Under the pieces are notes generated by a model. It had not been told where the DNA came from. It saw only the letters and a list, made by a program, of their open reading frames with translations, and made no database searches. A stretch of DNA of 64,000 bases, taken from Anthoceros angustus. Lineage: Eukaryota; Plantae; Anthocerotophyta. This document shows, one piece after another, positions 11,094-23,075 of the stretch (its first letter is position 1; the number at the start of each line of letters is the position of its first letter). Location of the stretch: NCBI GenBank assembly GCA_010909165.1, contig MU008165.1:1922001-1986000 (forward strand). Reading direction: 5' to 3'. The position numbers and the translations under genes are program-made.

Positions 11094-13293
11094 CTACAGG
11101 GAGATGATTGCCGCAGCGAGGATAGGCAGGAGGAAGGGAATCAGCAGCACTACAGGTCTGAGAGCGGCCGAGAATTGAAAATCGAAACTTGGTGCTGCAT
11201 TTGTCCCGTTGGAACACTGGCCGGTGGGAGATCCAGACTGCACGAAACAGAGAAGACATGGGTGTTTAGAATGTGGCCGTGTTTGGAAGGACAGGATTCA
11301 TCGGCAGCAGCAAAAAAAATGCCAAGGTTCACGGGTACCAGGCAGAGGTCGGGGCTGCTGCAACCGCAGCGGATTTGCCCGTTCAGGTAGTCTACCGCTT
11401 GGAATGCTCCACCTCCTTCACTTTGCTGCGCAAAAGAATGGGGGAGCAGGCATCAGGAATTAGGGCTGAAATGATTGTACAGATGCTGCTGCAGAGAGGG
11501 TTGTGAGGGCAGGTGTATGTACCTTGTAGAAGTCTACGGCCAGGAAGTTGGCCCAGCGGTTGCCTGCAGCAGCGCTGCATGCTGGTAGCATCTGCATCAG
11601 AGAGCCGGCGTTTTGCACGCATGCTGTGGCGAGGTTCGGCTGTGTTGAGAAGTAGTTTTCCAGGACTAGAGATCTGCTTGTATCGCCCAAGGCAGCAGAT
11701 TCATTCCGCTTGGGGCACTGGCCAGCCTGGATTCCGCCATCACCGTCTGCAAGGTATAGGCAGCATGAATCAGCAGGCCCTGCAGGCATGTGGCCATCTG
11801 AAGAGCAGTAGCAGAGAGTAGGTGGAGAAGCTTAGAGCTCGTACATTGGTTTTCCACCAGATACTTCCACTCGAAGGGGATACCCTCACTTGCCTCTTTG
11901 GATGGTATTGAGGTGAAGACAAGCAATCTCCAGTTGTTGGCGACCATCTCTCTGACCGTAGGCCAGTCCCCTCCATCTTGAGGCATGGATGCAGCGGGGA
12001 ACCAGTATTCGTGAAGCCCTGTCGCCTTGAACAAGTTCGATAGTCCATTGGGGCTCTGAACATAGTCCTCCAGAATAAGGGTGATGATTTCAGTGGGGTT
12101 TGCCGCCAGGAATGATTGGATGACTTCCAGAGTGTTCCGCAAGGGTTCCTAAATGCCACAGTATAACATCCTTGAGTCAGGTTACAACGCTCTGGATGTC
12201 ACACATTCATGACCTTGGTGAACAGCATTCGGATGCGTTCATCAGGCATGAGTCATGAGCGACTTACAAAGGATGTGAAGTTATAGCAGACACCTCCAAA
12301 GGAATGACACAGCCAGATATCTCCCAGAAAATCATAGGTGTCCAGCATCAAGCCCCTAACACCATTCTGCAAGGGTTGCATTAGCGCCGCCGCTCCAGAA
12401 ACTACCAACACCACGGAAGAAGTGTACAAGACTTAACGATGAAGGATCAGTTAGATAGTGCTCACTTGGAGCTGATCTGCAATGGAATCCTCCTGGTTGA
12501 TGGCAGTGACCCGGGGCCCTGTCAGCAGAGGGGCACCCGTCCATGAGAAGGAATTGTGGGTTGTAAGCCATGCGTACTTGTTGAACGGCAGGGAGTCGTC
12601 CTGTAAAGAAGACACGGCGTGACTTTTAGCTCAATACATCGCTAGCAATCTAGCCAGCATTGATCTCTAAGACTTCCGCTGCTGCACTTCCCTGCTCACG
12701 ATAGCCAAAAGCTCCCCTGCCATCGCACCGTGCTAATCTAATCAGCCTTCATCCTGCATGTATCGATATCATGTGCGATGCAGACTAATACCTTGGCCGT
12801 CGCCGAAGAAGCCCGAGTTCTGAAACATTGGGGCAGAATAGCACCTCCCAAAATGCAGGATTCACATCCCAGTCCTCGCGCACAGTCCGCATCTGTGAGG
12901 CAAAGATCCAAGATCTGCAACAAGGAAACACCATCGACAAGAACATCGGTTTATTGAAGATTTCAATCAACGTTCCCGCTGTACACACTTGCAGAATGCA
13001 GGCCTGCGACAAACAAAACTTCACTAAATCACGGACCCTCTTCCAAATTCGCACATACCTGGCACGTCCCATTCACACAACCCGCCGCCCTGGATGGGCC
13101 AAATTGAATCAACACCAAACCCACAACCAAAATTTCAACAACCCAGCTCAAGCTCAAACTCCGGCTCCACCTGTGCAAGCCAAGAAACCAACCCAAGACT
13201 TCAGAAGCTCGCTGGCATGGCTAACGTCGGTCTCAAGCCCAACCAACAAATGAATCGACCACGTCCAGACCTCGCCATCGCCTTCCCGGCCAT
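11094..13293 (-). CDS. PI-PLC X-domain-containing protein (At5g67130-like) with signal peptide and GPI-anchor-like C-terminus
   Basis: Exons encode LPFNKYAWLTTHNSFS, NQEDSIADQLQNGVRGLMLDTYD, TEIITLILEDYV, WPTVREMVANNWRLLVFTS, NFLAVDFYK, and a hydrophobic tail PVVLLIPFLLPILAAAIISL-stop (11094). The start (13293) is tentative and needs a weak donor. Confidence 0.87.
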
Positions 13294-14899
13294 GGCCCAA
13301 ATTTACAGGTCTCAGAAGTCCGAGACCAGGATCGACGGCACCCGGACAAGGATTATTTTCAAATCTGCAATCCAGGGATTATTCCTTTCCCGACCCGATC
13401 TCCGGATCCCGATACGGGATCCTGTCGAGCCTGAGACCTCACACCACAATGCTGCAATTCCTCGGATGCACGGATCCTCGTCGAACTTCCTTAATGACTC
13501 GCGTCCTGGCTGCCGGGCGGGAATAATGGCCACAGCTACAGCCGGCGACGTCGTTCTCCGGTGGTTGGTCGATTGAAAGCTGGAGTGTACAGTCCCGGAG
13601 CAGCAGCTACCACCATACTGGGAAAGCGACGTAATGCAATGACGGGCATCCGAAGTGATTCGGGCACAGGCACAGGATGAGGTCGATCCTTGTCCGTGCG
13701 GCGTGACGATCGTCCAGGGTCCAGGCCGGTCGTGTGGAGACGAGCGGGAGAGCCGTGCTCGCATTGGCCTGTTGGGTCTGGGTGGATCGTGGATCAGAAA
13801 CGAATTCCTCCAGTCCGTATTCCGACACTGGGCGAGGTCACAGGTGGTGGGAGTCGGCGACCGGTGGGAGTACGAGGCCGGTAGTGAAGGCCGACCGCAC
13901 AGCGCGGGACCGGCCGCAAGCTCACGACAGGTGACACGCGGTTGTTGAAAGCCGTTGGAACCCAGGAGCGTGGAACCTGGTCGTTGCCGGAACTCGCCCA
14001 CATTTCCACTCCCCTTTTTGAGAGCATCAAACCTAGGCATATGCATTTATCTGCAGCGGAACGTGCAAACGTCAGATGACTTGACGTGGGAACCCTACGG
14101 AAGCCGTTTTGTCGATTTTTATGATGCGATACCATCAAACCTTGAGGTGGTGTGCGCCGATGGCACCGGTACCTGTCCAACGTCCAACCGGCCCCGCGAA
14201 GCGACGAGCGTGAGGGTCGTAAACATCGTGACCGGTTTGGCATACGGTAATAAAAGAAGAAGTAGCGATTTATTCAGGATTCAATTTTTGATGGATGAAC
14301 GAGATAGAGCACCCGGGCAATGGCAATCCGGCATATCCTATGCTTTAGAAATGGGGACTTGCTCCTATCACTCCCCTCTGGCCCCTAGCTCCCATCCCGG
14401 AGATTATGGGGAGGGGGATTTCAAGTTCATATAGGAAAGTCTTTCTATGTCGTGTGCAGTTTATCGGGCTCGAAGTTTTATGAAATGGGTCCTCTAACTC
14501 AAGTCCACCTCCAAGGTAGGGAGATGGTCAGAAAGTGTTCTTTTATTTGTAGGAAGTGTTGAAAAACGAGTGACATTGATTTTAGTGTGATGTTTTATTT
14601 GTAAAAATTGTTGAGAAATTAACAATTTGTGCTAAATGAGCAGAAGGTGTGTTGTTGCATACATATTAAGCGTATAGAATAAGTTATTTCAGGCATAATA
14701 AAATTGTGTTCAATATTCTTTTAAATAACTTGGTCATCGAAGTGGGGTAGGTAACGTTAACTCCAAAATCACTCGTGGTAGGTAGTGGTGAGAAGAGCGA
14801 GGCTTTGAGGTAATACACATACGGAACGAGAAAGGCGGTGATCGATCCTGAAGATCAAGATGACGAAAGTAGTATTTAGGACTAGGACGCGACTAAGGG

Positions 14900-15952
14900 A
14901 AGCATTTGCTATTGGTCTTCTAAGCGATTAACCCCAAAGCGTTCACAACTCTTAAACTTCGAGCTTTAGTTTTCGATTCCTTGTCAAATTGTAAGGCGAG
15001 AAATTCTAGAAGCTCTGTGGACGGTATTATCCCCTAACGAACAAATTGCTTGTCATCAAGAGAAGAAATGAAGTTGGAGAAAGAATGCCTATCAAGATAT
15101 ATGTGACTGGTGGTACCTCAGTCTAAAAACCATATTCCATGCTGCACAGCAAGAGAATTAAGGCAGCCAACAAGTGTGAAAAAAGGCTTAGCTTTGGTGA
15201 CAGTGAAGTTAGACTCAAGAATGACAAACTCCCTTCTTAGCTCTCTATTCTTCTTCTTCCGGTAGTCCTCTCATTGTGATCTGGAAGCTTACACCAGTTG
15301 CAGATAAATATCTTCTTCTGTGCAAAAGGTGGATGTTGTTGTCCGGAAGTAGGGAAACCACGTCATCTTCCTCTACCTATATATCCACCTCATCCTCTTG
15401 AAGCAAATAGAATTCTCGAGTTGATAATTAAAGCTCCTCGAGTCTTAGTGCAAACTGTGGCCACGTTCTTCAGCAAGAAGTGCTTTAATGACTTCTTCGA
15501 GAGTCACCTTGGGGGTTTTATCAGTACTAGTAGCCTGAACTGCTGCATGTATCGTGACATTTTAACTTCCAACAAAATGTTGATAGTTCTCTGGAATTAA
15601 GAGATGCCAGCAGAACTACTACTTATACCTTAGAGAGTACTGAACCACAGTACACTAGTTTGGCTTGATGTGTATTATACTTGTTAATACAAACATCAAC
15701 TGGCTTACCTTCGTTCATTCTCAGGTTGAAAAAATTTTGATAAGCATACACAAAAGATTCTGAGCTCTTGTTATGATAGCTTAAATGCGTTCCACATATC
15801 AACAGTGATGGCAGCACCTATGGTATGTGGCAACATAGTTCGATCCAAGGGAAAAATGACCGACGAATAAATCTAGCTCTTTTGTTATTGCACTCGCAAG
15901 CTAACAGTGCATCAGGTGATTGTGTAGTTGTAATAACCTTGTTGACAATCCG
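14900..15952 (-). mobile_element. Older degenerate Ty1/copia, left part (gag C-half, zinc knuckle, protease)
   Basis: Minus strand reads FVYAYQNFFNLRMNEGKPVDVCINKY (retrotran_gag-like), TLEEVIKALLAEE, CNWCKLPDH (zinc knuckle remnant), and WFLD*GTTSHI at ~15100-15133 (copia protease WxLDSG motif with a stop). Confidence 0.75.
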
Positions 15953-15957
15953 AGTCA

Positions 15958-16196
15958 TGTAAGAGTATTAAAGCCCAATGTACTTAGACTAATACGCTTA
16001 GTCTAAGTTAGGTATCATTAGTTTAGCTGAAGCTAATAACTAGGAAGCTTCTTGTACTGCTTCCTAGGGGCTTCTTGTGGAGCTTCCTAGGAGCCTATGG
16101 AGGGTATAAATTTCCAGCCTCATCTCAATGAGAGAGATACATTTGCTTCCTCCTCTCCTCTCCTCTTTCCACCATCATGGGCCACACGATCCTTCA
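15958..16196 (+). repeat. 5-prime LTR (239 bp)
   Basis: TGTAAGAG...CCTTCA. Aligns with 21924-22169 with roughly ten substitutions and a few small indels by eye. Confidence 0.92.
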
Positions 16197-17403
16197 ACCG
16201 GTATCGAGCTTTGGTGGTTGTGTTGTGATGCTAGAAGATTCTAGCCGCAGCTGGCGCTGGAATTGCAGTGATCCATATCGCGGCGAGGGCCGTGAACGCC
16301 GCGTGGCGCAGCCGCGAGGGCGAGGCCGCGAGGCGCCGCGGGGCGCGGCGCAGCCGCAGCGCGGGGCGCGCAGCGCGGGGCGCGGTGGCCACGGGCGAGG
16401 TGCGCCGCGTGGCGCAGGGCAGCGGGCGCGGTGGCGCCGCGGGGCGGCGTGGCCGCGCGCGCAGCCGCAGCGCGGGGCGCGCAGCGCGGGGCGCGGCCGC
16501 GGGGCGCGGCCGCGAGGCGCATAGAGCGCCAGGGCGAGAGCACCGCGGGGCGCCAAGAACCCGCACCAAAATAATCGCGGTGCAACGCCGGCGGCGGAAT
16601 ATTCGCAAAATATCCGAATAGTCGGCAATACACGGGCCGCACGGCAGGGACCCGCAACGGTGGACCTCAACGCGGGTGGTTGAGAAACTCCACGCCACCG
16701 ACAAGTGAACCACAGGCGGTGCATATGGACGACGAAGACAAGGCATAATTACCACAACGGTAACTTGCAATTTCTACGTTACAAAAACAATTCTTTGACT
16801 TTTCTGACAATGTGAGTCGAGTGTTTCTTCTTTATCGATTTTTGAATCATGATGTCTTCATCATCAGAAAACGTCATGTTCAATATTGAGAAGTTAGATG
16901 GTACTAACTTCCCGTTCTGGAAAGAACAAGTGTATAATGTTCTAGTGGAAAAAAGCGATCAAGCCCATAAAGTTGTTAGGCCAAACCGATAGTATGACAC
17001 GGATGAGTGGCGGGACTGGATGAGCTTGCTAGATCTACTATCATGCTAACATTGTCAAAAACAGTACTTCAATGTGAAAGATAAGACCACAAGTTATGAC
17101 GTGGCGTGTGTGACTGTGAGAAGCAAAGTGCTTCGGTGTATTGGTTGAAACAATGGTGGACTTGAAGATGAAGGAAGGGACGAGGATGTCCGATCATCGA
17201 ATGATTTCAATACCATTTTCAGCCATCTCATCTCAAGGTATCACATTCTGATTCCGTGAGAGCTATGTTTGGTCACATTACGAGAGTTGGGACACCTCAG
17301 ACATGAGTAATTCCCCGCTAGTGGTCTTACCATTGTAAATGTAGAAGGTAGCTGTTAACCGAGGAGGTGAACAGAAAACATGGAACCTTCCAAAGGTTCC
17401 AAA

Positions 17404-17487
17404 GCCCTCATCTCAATGAGAGAGATACATTTGCTTCCTCCTCTCCTCTCCTCTTTCCACCATCATGGGCTGCCACACGATCCTTCA
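17404..17487 (+). repeat. Internal partial LTR copy (R-U5) starting the duplicated block
   Basis: GCCCTCATCTCAATGAGAGAGATAC...GGGCTGCCACACGATCCTTCA matches the 3-prime LTR at 22086-22169. Confidence 0.9.
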
Positions 17488-17489
17488 AC

Positions 17490-17501
17490 TGGTATCAGAG
17501 C
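17490..17501 (+). promoter_or_regulatory. Primer-binding site complementary to initiator tRNA-Met
   Basis: TGGTATCAGAGC directly after the LTR CA end. The copy after the 5-prime LTR is degenerate (CGGTATCGAGC, ~16199-16209). Confidence 0.9.
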
Positions 17502-20500
17502 TTTGGTCTGGTTGTGTTGTGATGCTAGAAGATTCTAGGCTGCAGCGCCTGTGGAATTGCAGGTGATCCATATCGCGGCGAGGGCTGTGAACGCCGCGGG
17601 CCGCGAGTGGGGCGAGGCCGCGAGGCGCCGCGGGGCGCGGCCGCGAGTGGGCGAGGCCGCGAGGCGCCGCGGGGCGCGCAGCCGCGGCCGCGGGCGCGGG
17701 GCGCGGTGGCCGCGAGGGCGAGGTGCGCCGCGTGGCGCAGGCGCGGGGCGCGGTGGCGCGCAGCCGCAGCGCGGGGCGCGCAGCGCGGCAACAGCAGCGC
17801 GGGGCGCCGCGGGGCGCCGCGGGGCGCGGTGGCGCCGCGGGGCGCGGCAGCAGCGCGCCAAGAACCCGCACCAAAATAATCGGGCGCCGCGGGGCGGCGA
17901 AAGGCTATTCGAAATACAATCAAGGCAATACACGGGCGCACGGTGGTGGACCCGCAACGGTGGAACCTCAACGCAATTCGTGTTGCGAGAGAATTTTCAA
18001 CTCCACGGCTACCGACAAGTGAACCACGGTGCATATGGACGAAGACAAGGCATAATTACCACAACGGTAACTTGCAATTTCTATTACAAAACAATTTTTG
18101 ACTTTTCCGACAAGGCAAAGTGTTTCTTCTTTTGAATCATGATGTCTTCATCATCGAAAACGCGTCATGTTCAATATCGAGAAGTTAGATGGTACTAACT
18201 TCCCGCTCGAAAGAACAAGTGTATAATGTTCTAGTGGAAAAAAGCATCAAGCCCATAAAGTCATAGGGCCAAACCGTATAGTATGACATGTGATGAGTGG
18301 CGGGACTGGATGAGCTTGCTAGATCTACTATCATGCTAACATTGTCAAAACGTGTACTTCAATGTGAAAGATAAGACCACAAGTTATGACGGCGTGTCAG
18401 GACTGTATGAGAAGCAAAGTGCGGCTTCGTGTATTGGTTGAAACAATGGTGGACTTGAAGATGAAGGAAGGGACGAGGATGTCCGATCATCCGAATGATT
18501 TCAATACCATTTTCAGCCATTTCTCATCTCAAGGTATCACATTCTGATTCCGTGAGAGCTATGTTTCTGGTCACATTACGAGAGTTGGGACACCTTCAGA
18601 CCGAGTAATTTTGCCTCGCTAGTGGTCTTACCATTGTAAATGTAGAAGGTAGCCTGTTAACTGAGGAGGTGAACAGGAAAAATATGGAACCTTCCAAAGG
18701 TTCCAGTGCCCTCATAGTGAGAGGGAGGTCCACTGCGAAGGGGAAGCAACCGGACAGAAGCTTTTCTCGTAGCAAATCTCGTAGTCGTAACAAGAATGTG
18801 GAGTGTCACTATTGTCACAAAAGGGGTCACTTCAAAAGAGAGTGCGAGAAGTTCAAAAAGGACCAAGGAAAAGAGAAGCAGGACGACAAGAAGGCGACTT
18901 CAATGTCAGTTGGAAGAGTTAAACTGCTGAGGACGGAGATGTCCTTATCTCTTCTTACTTGAATGCCGCAATTAATATGGATAGTCATTTATTTAATTGG
19001 ATAATTGACTCGGTGCATCTTTCCATGTTACTCCTCATAGAGAGTGGTTTAGCACGTATGATGCTACAAGGAAAGGATGCGTTAGGCTTGGAAATAACTA
19101 CGCATGCGATCGCAGCGTGGTGATGTGCAACTCAAGTTTGACAACGGATCTTCATTCATGCGGACGTTAGGCATGTTCAAGTTGACAAAGAGCATGATTA
19201 GCGCAGATGCTTGGATGATGTGGTTACCACTGCTTTGGTTTGGATCACTCTTGGAAGATCTCCAAAGGTTCTCTTGTGTTAGCTCGTGGATCAAGTGTGG
19301 CACTTTGTACTCACTTGTAAACATCAAAAGATCATATGATCACAGACAGAGCCCAAATGTTTCCTTGTGGCATTGCTTGTTAGGACATATGTCTAAGGGA
19401 ATGAAGGTTTTATCTCGCTCGTTATATCCTCGGTTCTTAACTTCTCTGATCTCTCGATGTGTGAGCACTATTTATATGGGAAACAGACAAAATCATCACA
19501 TCGAACAAGAGGTAAAGGTAGGAGTAAACCTCTTGAGTTGGTTCACGATGTATGTGGACCTATGCTCATCGCATCATTAGGCGGTGCCTCCTATTTTGTC
19601 ACTTTCATAGATGATTTCTCACGCAAGGTGTGGGTTTATCCTTTGAGGAAAAAGGATGAAGTTCTGACGGTGTTTCAGAAATTTGTCACCCTTGTAGAGA
19701 ATCAGTCCGGCCACCGATTGAAGTGTCTAAGGACAGATAATGGTGGAGAGTATGTTTCAAAGCTTTCAGTCATTCGTGATTCCAAGGGAATCAAAAGAGA
19801 ATTGATCACTGTATACTCCTCCACAAAATGGTGTGAGCGGATGAATGTAACCATTGGAGAGGATGCGAGTTTGTTGTCAAACTCGGATTGCCTAATGGGT
19901 TTTGGGGCGTATGTTCATCAATTCATCTTATTAATGATCTCCTAATAAGGTTGATGAGCAGTTCCAGAGGAGCTATGGTCCGGAAAGAAACCATCCTACA
20001 AGCATCCGCGAGTGTTTGGTGAGGCATACCGCCATGTTCCAAAAGAGTTTCGGGACAAGTTGGCACCTAAGTCCAAGAAATGTATTTTTCTTGGCTATGG
20101 TGATTCGGTGAGATGGGATACCGCTTTGTGGGATCCGAAGAAAGGTTGTTCGTACTAACGACGTGTTCTTCAATGAGAACAAGATGCACAGGAAGCCTAC
20201 TCCAACTGTGGAGGCGGGTGATCTTCCAAGAAGATGGACATGATCATCATGGGCGTTGATAACCGTGGTAATGTGCAGCACATTCCTCCACCTAGATGAA
20301 CCAAGAGTCGAACAAGCTCCTATAGAGGTGCTCGTGGAGGTCGCGGATTACACGACCTCGATGTATGATCCATCTCGGATTATGTCATGTGACAGATTGT
20401 GGGGAACCCTCTTCTTACAAAGAGGCCATGTCAATGAGTAACAAAGAAGTGGAGAAGGCCATGCATAAAATGAATTACGCAAGAACCAAACTTGGGAGTT

Positions 20501-21912
20501 GGTTCTTTAGGATAAGAAGGCACTACTGCAAATGGGTGTACAAGATGAAGGTCATACTTGATGGCAAACCAAAGTACAAGGCACGATTGGTTGCTAAGGG
20601 TTTCAAGCAACAACAAGGCATTGACTTTGATTAGATTTTCTCAACAGTAGTCAAAATGACAACTTTGCGATGTGTTCTTGCTTTGGTTGCCGTGAATGAT
20701 ATGGAACTTGTATGATGGATGTCAAGACGGCATTCTTGCATGGTGACCTTCAAGAGGACGTCTACATGCGAACCGAAGGTTTTGTTGAGAAGGGCAAAGA
20801 GAATGTGTGGTTAGGAAGAGCCTTTATGGTTTGAAACAGCACCCGAGAGTGGTATCACAAGTTCCACTCATTTATGCTTTCTCAAGGCTACAAATAGCGA
20901 TGAGGATCATTGCCTCTATACGAAGCAAGCTAAGGATCAAAGCTTGCTCATTTTGATCCTCTATGTGGATGATATGCTAATTGTGAAACAAGATCGATGA
21001 GATTTGTTGAAGTCAAAGTTGAATGCTCACTTTGAAATGACAGACTTGGGAGAGGCGAGCCATATACTTGGCATGCGTATTCGTAGACATAAGCGTGCTT
21101 TATTTGTCTCGCATTTTAATACATTAACAGTGGTGCTTCAACGCTTCAACATGGAGAAGGGAAGCCATTGGGTACTCCATTGCCTCCATATGTGAAACTT
21201 TCTGCGGATTGCCCAAGCTCGAGGAGGACAAAGTCGAAATGGAGAAGGTCCCATACTCATCACCGTAGGGAGTTTGATGTATGCAATGATTGCTACACGC
21301 CCGACATTGCCTTTGCGGGGAGTGGTTAGCGAGTTTATGTCAAACCCCGGCAAGAAGCATTGGGAGGCGAAAAGGAGTTATGAGGTATCCGAATGGTACA
21401 AAAGCTTTGTGCATATGTTTTGGTAGTGAAGATGCATGTGGTTGGGTACGATGTCGATGCAGGGATATGGACAAAAGGAGGTCCACATCAGGTTATGTCT
21501 TCATGTGCACTGGAGGGGTCTCATGGCGATCTCGTTTGCAGTCGTGCATTACGCTATCTACCACAGAGGCCGAGTATGTTGCAGAGAATTGAGGCTTGCA
21601 AGGAAGCCATATGGCTTGCTCGTTTAGTGGGAGACTTGGGGATCAAGGTTGAGTGGCCGGTGTTGCATTGTGATAGCCGAGTGCTATCCAATTGGCAAAG
21701 AATCCAAGGTTTCATGCGAAGACTAAACATGTGGATGTGAAGTATCACTTTATTCGAGAGGTGTTGGATGACAAGAGGGTACAATTTGTCAAGGTTCACA
21801 CCATCCAGAACCCTGTAGATATTCTTACCAAGGGACTCTACGAGCAATTTGCACAAGCTGGACATCGATGGGCATGAGGTAGTCCATTCTTCACGAAGGT
21901 AAATTGGCCTTT

Positions 21913-21923
21913 AAGTGGGAGGT
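21913..21923 (+). promoter_or_regulatory. Polypurine tract
   Basis: AAGTGGGAGGT immediately before the TG of the 3-prime LTR. Confidence 0.8.
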
Positions 21924-22169
21924 TGTAAGGGTATTAAAGCTCAATGTACTTAGACTAATACACTTAGTCTAAGTTAGGTGTCATTAGTTTAGTCAAGCTA
22001 ATCACTAGGAAGCTTCTTGTGCTCCTTCCTAGGGGCTTCTTGTGGAGCTTCCTAGGAGCCTCTGGAGAGTATAAATACCCCCAGAGCCCTCATCTCAATG
22101 AGAGAGATACATTTGCTTCCTCCTCTCCTCTCCTCTTTCCACCATCATGGGCTGCCACACGATCCTTCA
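21924..22169 (+). repeat. 3-prime LTR (246 bp)
   Basis: TGTAAGGG...CCTTCA followed by TSD AGTCA. TATA-like TATAAATA at ~22070. Confidence 0.93.
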
Positions 22170-22174
22170 AGTCA

Positions 22175-23075
22175 AAGGAGTTTACAGTAGTGGAGTCTAC
22201 GGCAATCGAATTCAAGACAAATGAGAAGGAGCCAATTATAAGTTTGCACCCAATGGGCGGATTCCGCTGAAACGGAGAGAAAAACGGCTCTTTCGCGTAG
22301 TAAAATGGGGCATACTTAACCACTTTTGCAGACTCTTGGAAAAAGTTTCAACAACACATCATTTATTACATAAAAATCTCGGAAAATGAGCTTGGAATGG
22401 TGGTCTTGCACGCACTGAACCTTGACTTAAACTCCTCCATTCTTTGACAGCTGACATTCTACATAACATGATGTTCTTGTTTTTATTAGTCATTTGAAGG
22501 AACAAGCAGATTCCAATGAAAATGGAGAGCAATTGCAACATTAAAGATCTAAATATTCGAGACAGTGAGACGGAACATTCTAAAAGAAAATGAGATTTTC
22601 CTCTAGGATTTGAATGAGCCATAGAGATCAAATATGGTAGTTAGTACCGTTGAATCTGACAATGTCATGAAATTCTATCTTCAAAGTGGAAAAGCTTGGT
22701 GCATTAGAAATGGTGGTGAGAGATAAAGACAATATGGGAAGGTGGATGGCCTACAATCTTGCGATCCACATGCATGGGTCAATCCCATGCTCTGACATCA
22801 TAAAGGAATCTAAGGTAGGATTCTAATGGTACTGTTCGATGGAGCGATGGACGATGGCCAATGCGAAACAAAGTGAGCGAAAAATAGATATGCCTTGAAT
22901 TGAATTGAAGTTGTGATTGAATTGATAATGAAATAATATAATATATAGTGTTAAGAAAATAATTTGATAACGGTATAATTACATGGCTACATGGAGAGTA
23001 ACTATAACTAGATCAACCGTTGGATAATCTCTTATTCTATTTTTACTATATTTATTTTGAGCTATTAAAATCCAC
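22175..23075 (-). mobile_element. Older degenerate Ty1/copia, right part (gag N-terminus, degenerate PBS, probable LTR)
   Basis: VRFNGTNYHI* at 22628-22660 (copia gag N-terminal FNGxNY motif). Minus-strand TGATGTCAGAGC at 22789-22800 is two mismatches from the Met PBS. The LTR limits are uncertain. Confidence 0.6.

Larger units (their letters stand above)
15958..22169 (+). mobile_element. Full-length Ty1/copia LTR retrotransposon (Tnt1/Tork-like), frameshifted, with internal duplication; 5-bp TSD AGTCA
   Basis: TG...CA LTRs at both ends, TSD AGTCA at 15953-15957 and 22170-22174, and a tRNA-Met PBS. Order is gag (EKLDGTNF, CHYCHKRGHFKREC), integrase (FVTFIDDFSRKVWVY, LRTDNGGEY), RT (YKARLVAKGF, MDVKTAFLHG), RNase H (LSTTEAEYVA, LHCDS), then PPT. 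Confidence 0.95.

Noticed and set aside
13404-13422. Perfect hairpin GGATCCCG-ATA-CGGGATCC
   Set aside because: An 8-bp stem is expected about once or more by chance in 64 kb.
13312-14434. 244-aa minus ORF and 159-aa plus ORF upstream of the PI-PLC gene
   Set aside because: No domain, no consistent splice model, and the composition is typical of GC-rich promoter or leader sequence.
16177-18135. Many overlapping Arg/Ala/Gly/Pro-rich ORFs on both strands
   Set aside because: These arise from the stop-poor, almost pure-GC repetitive leader of the copia element, and the same pattern appears in both duplicated copies.
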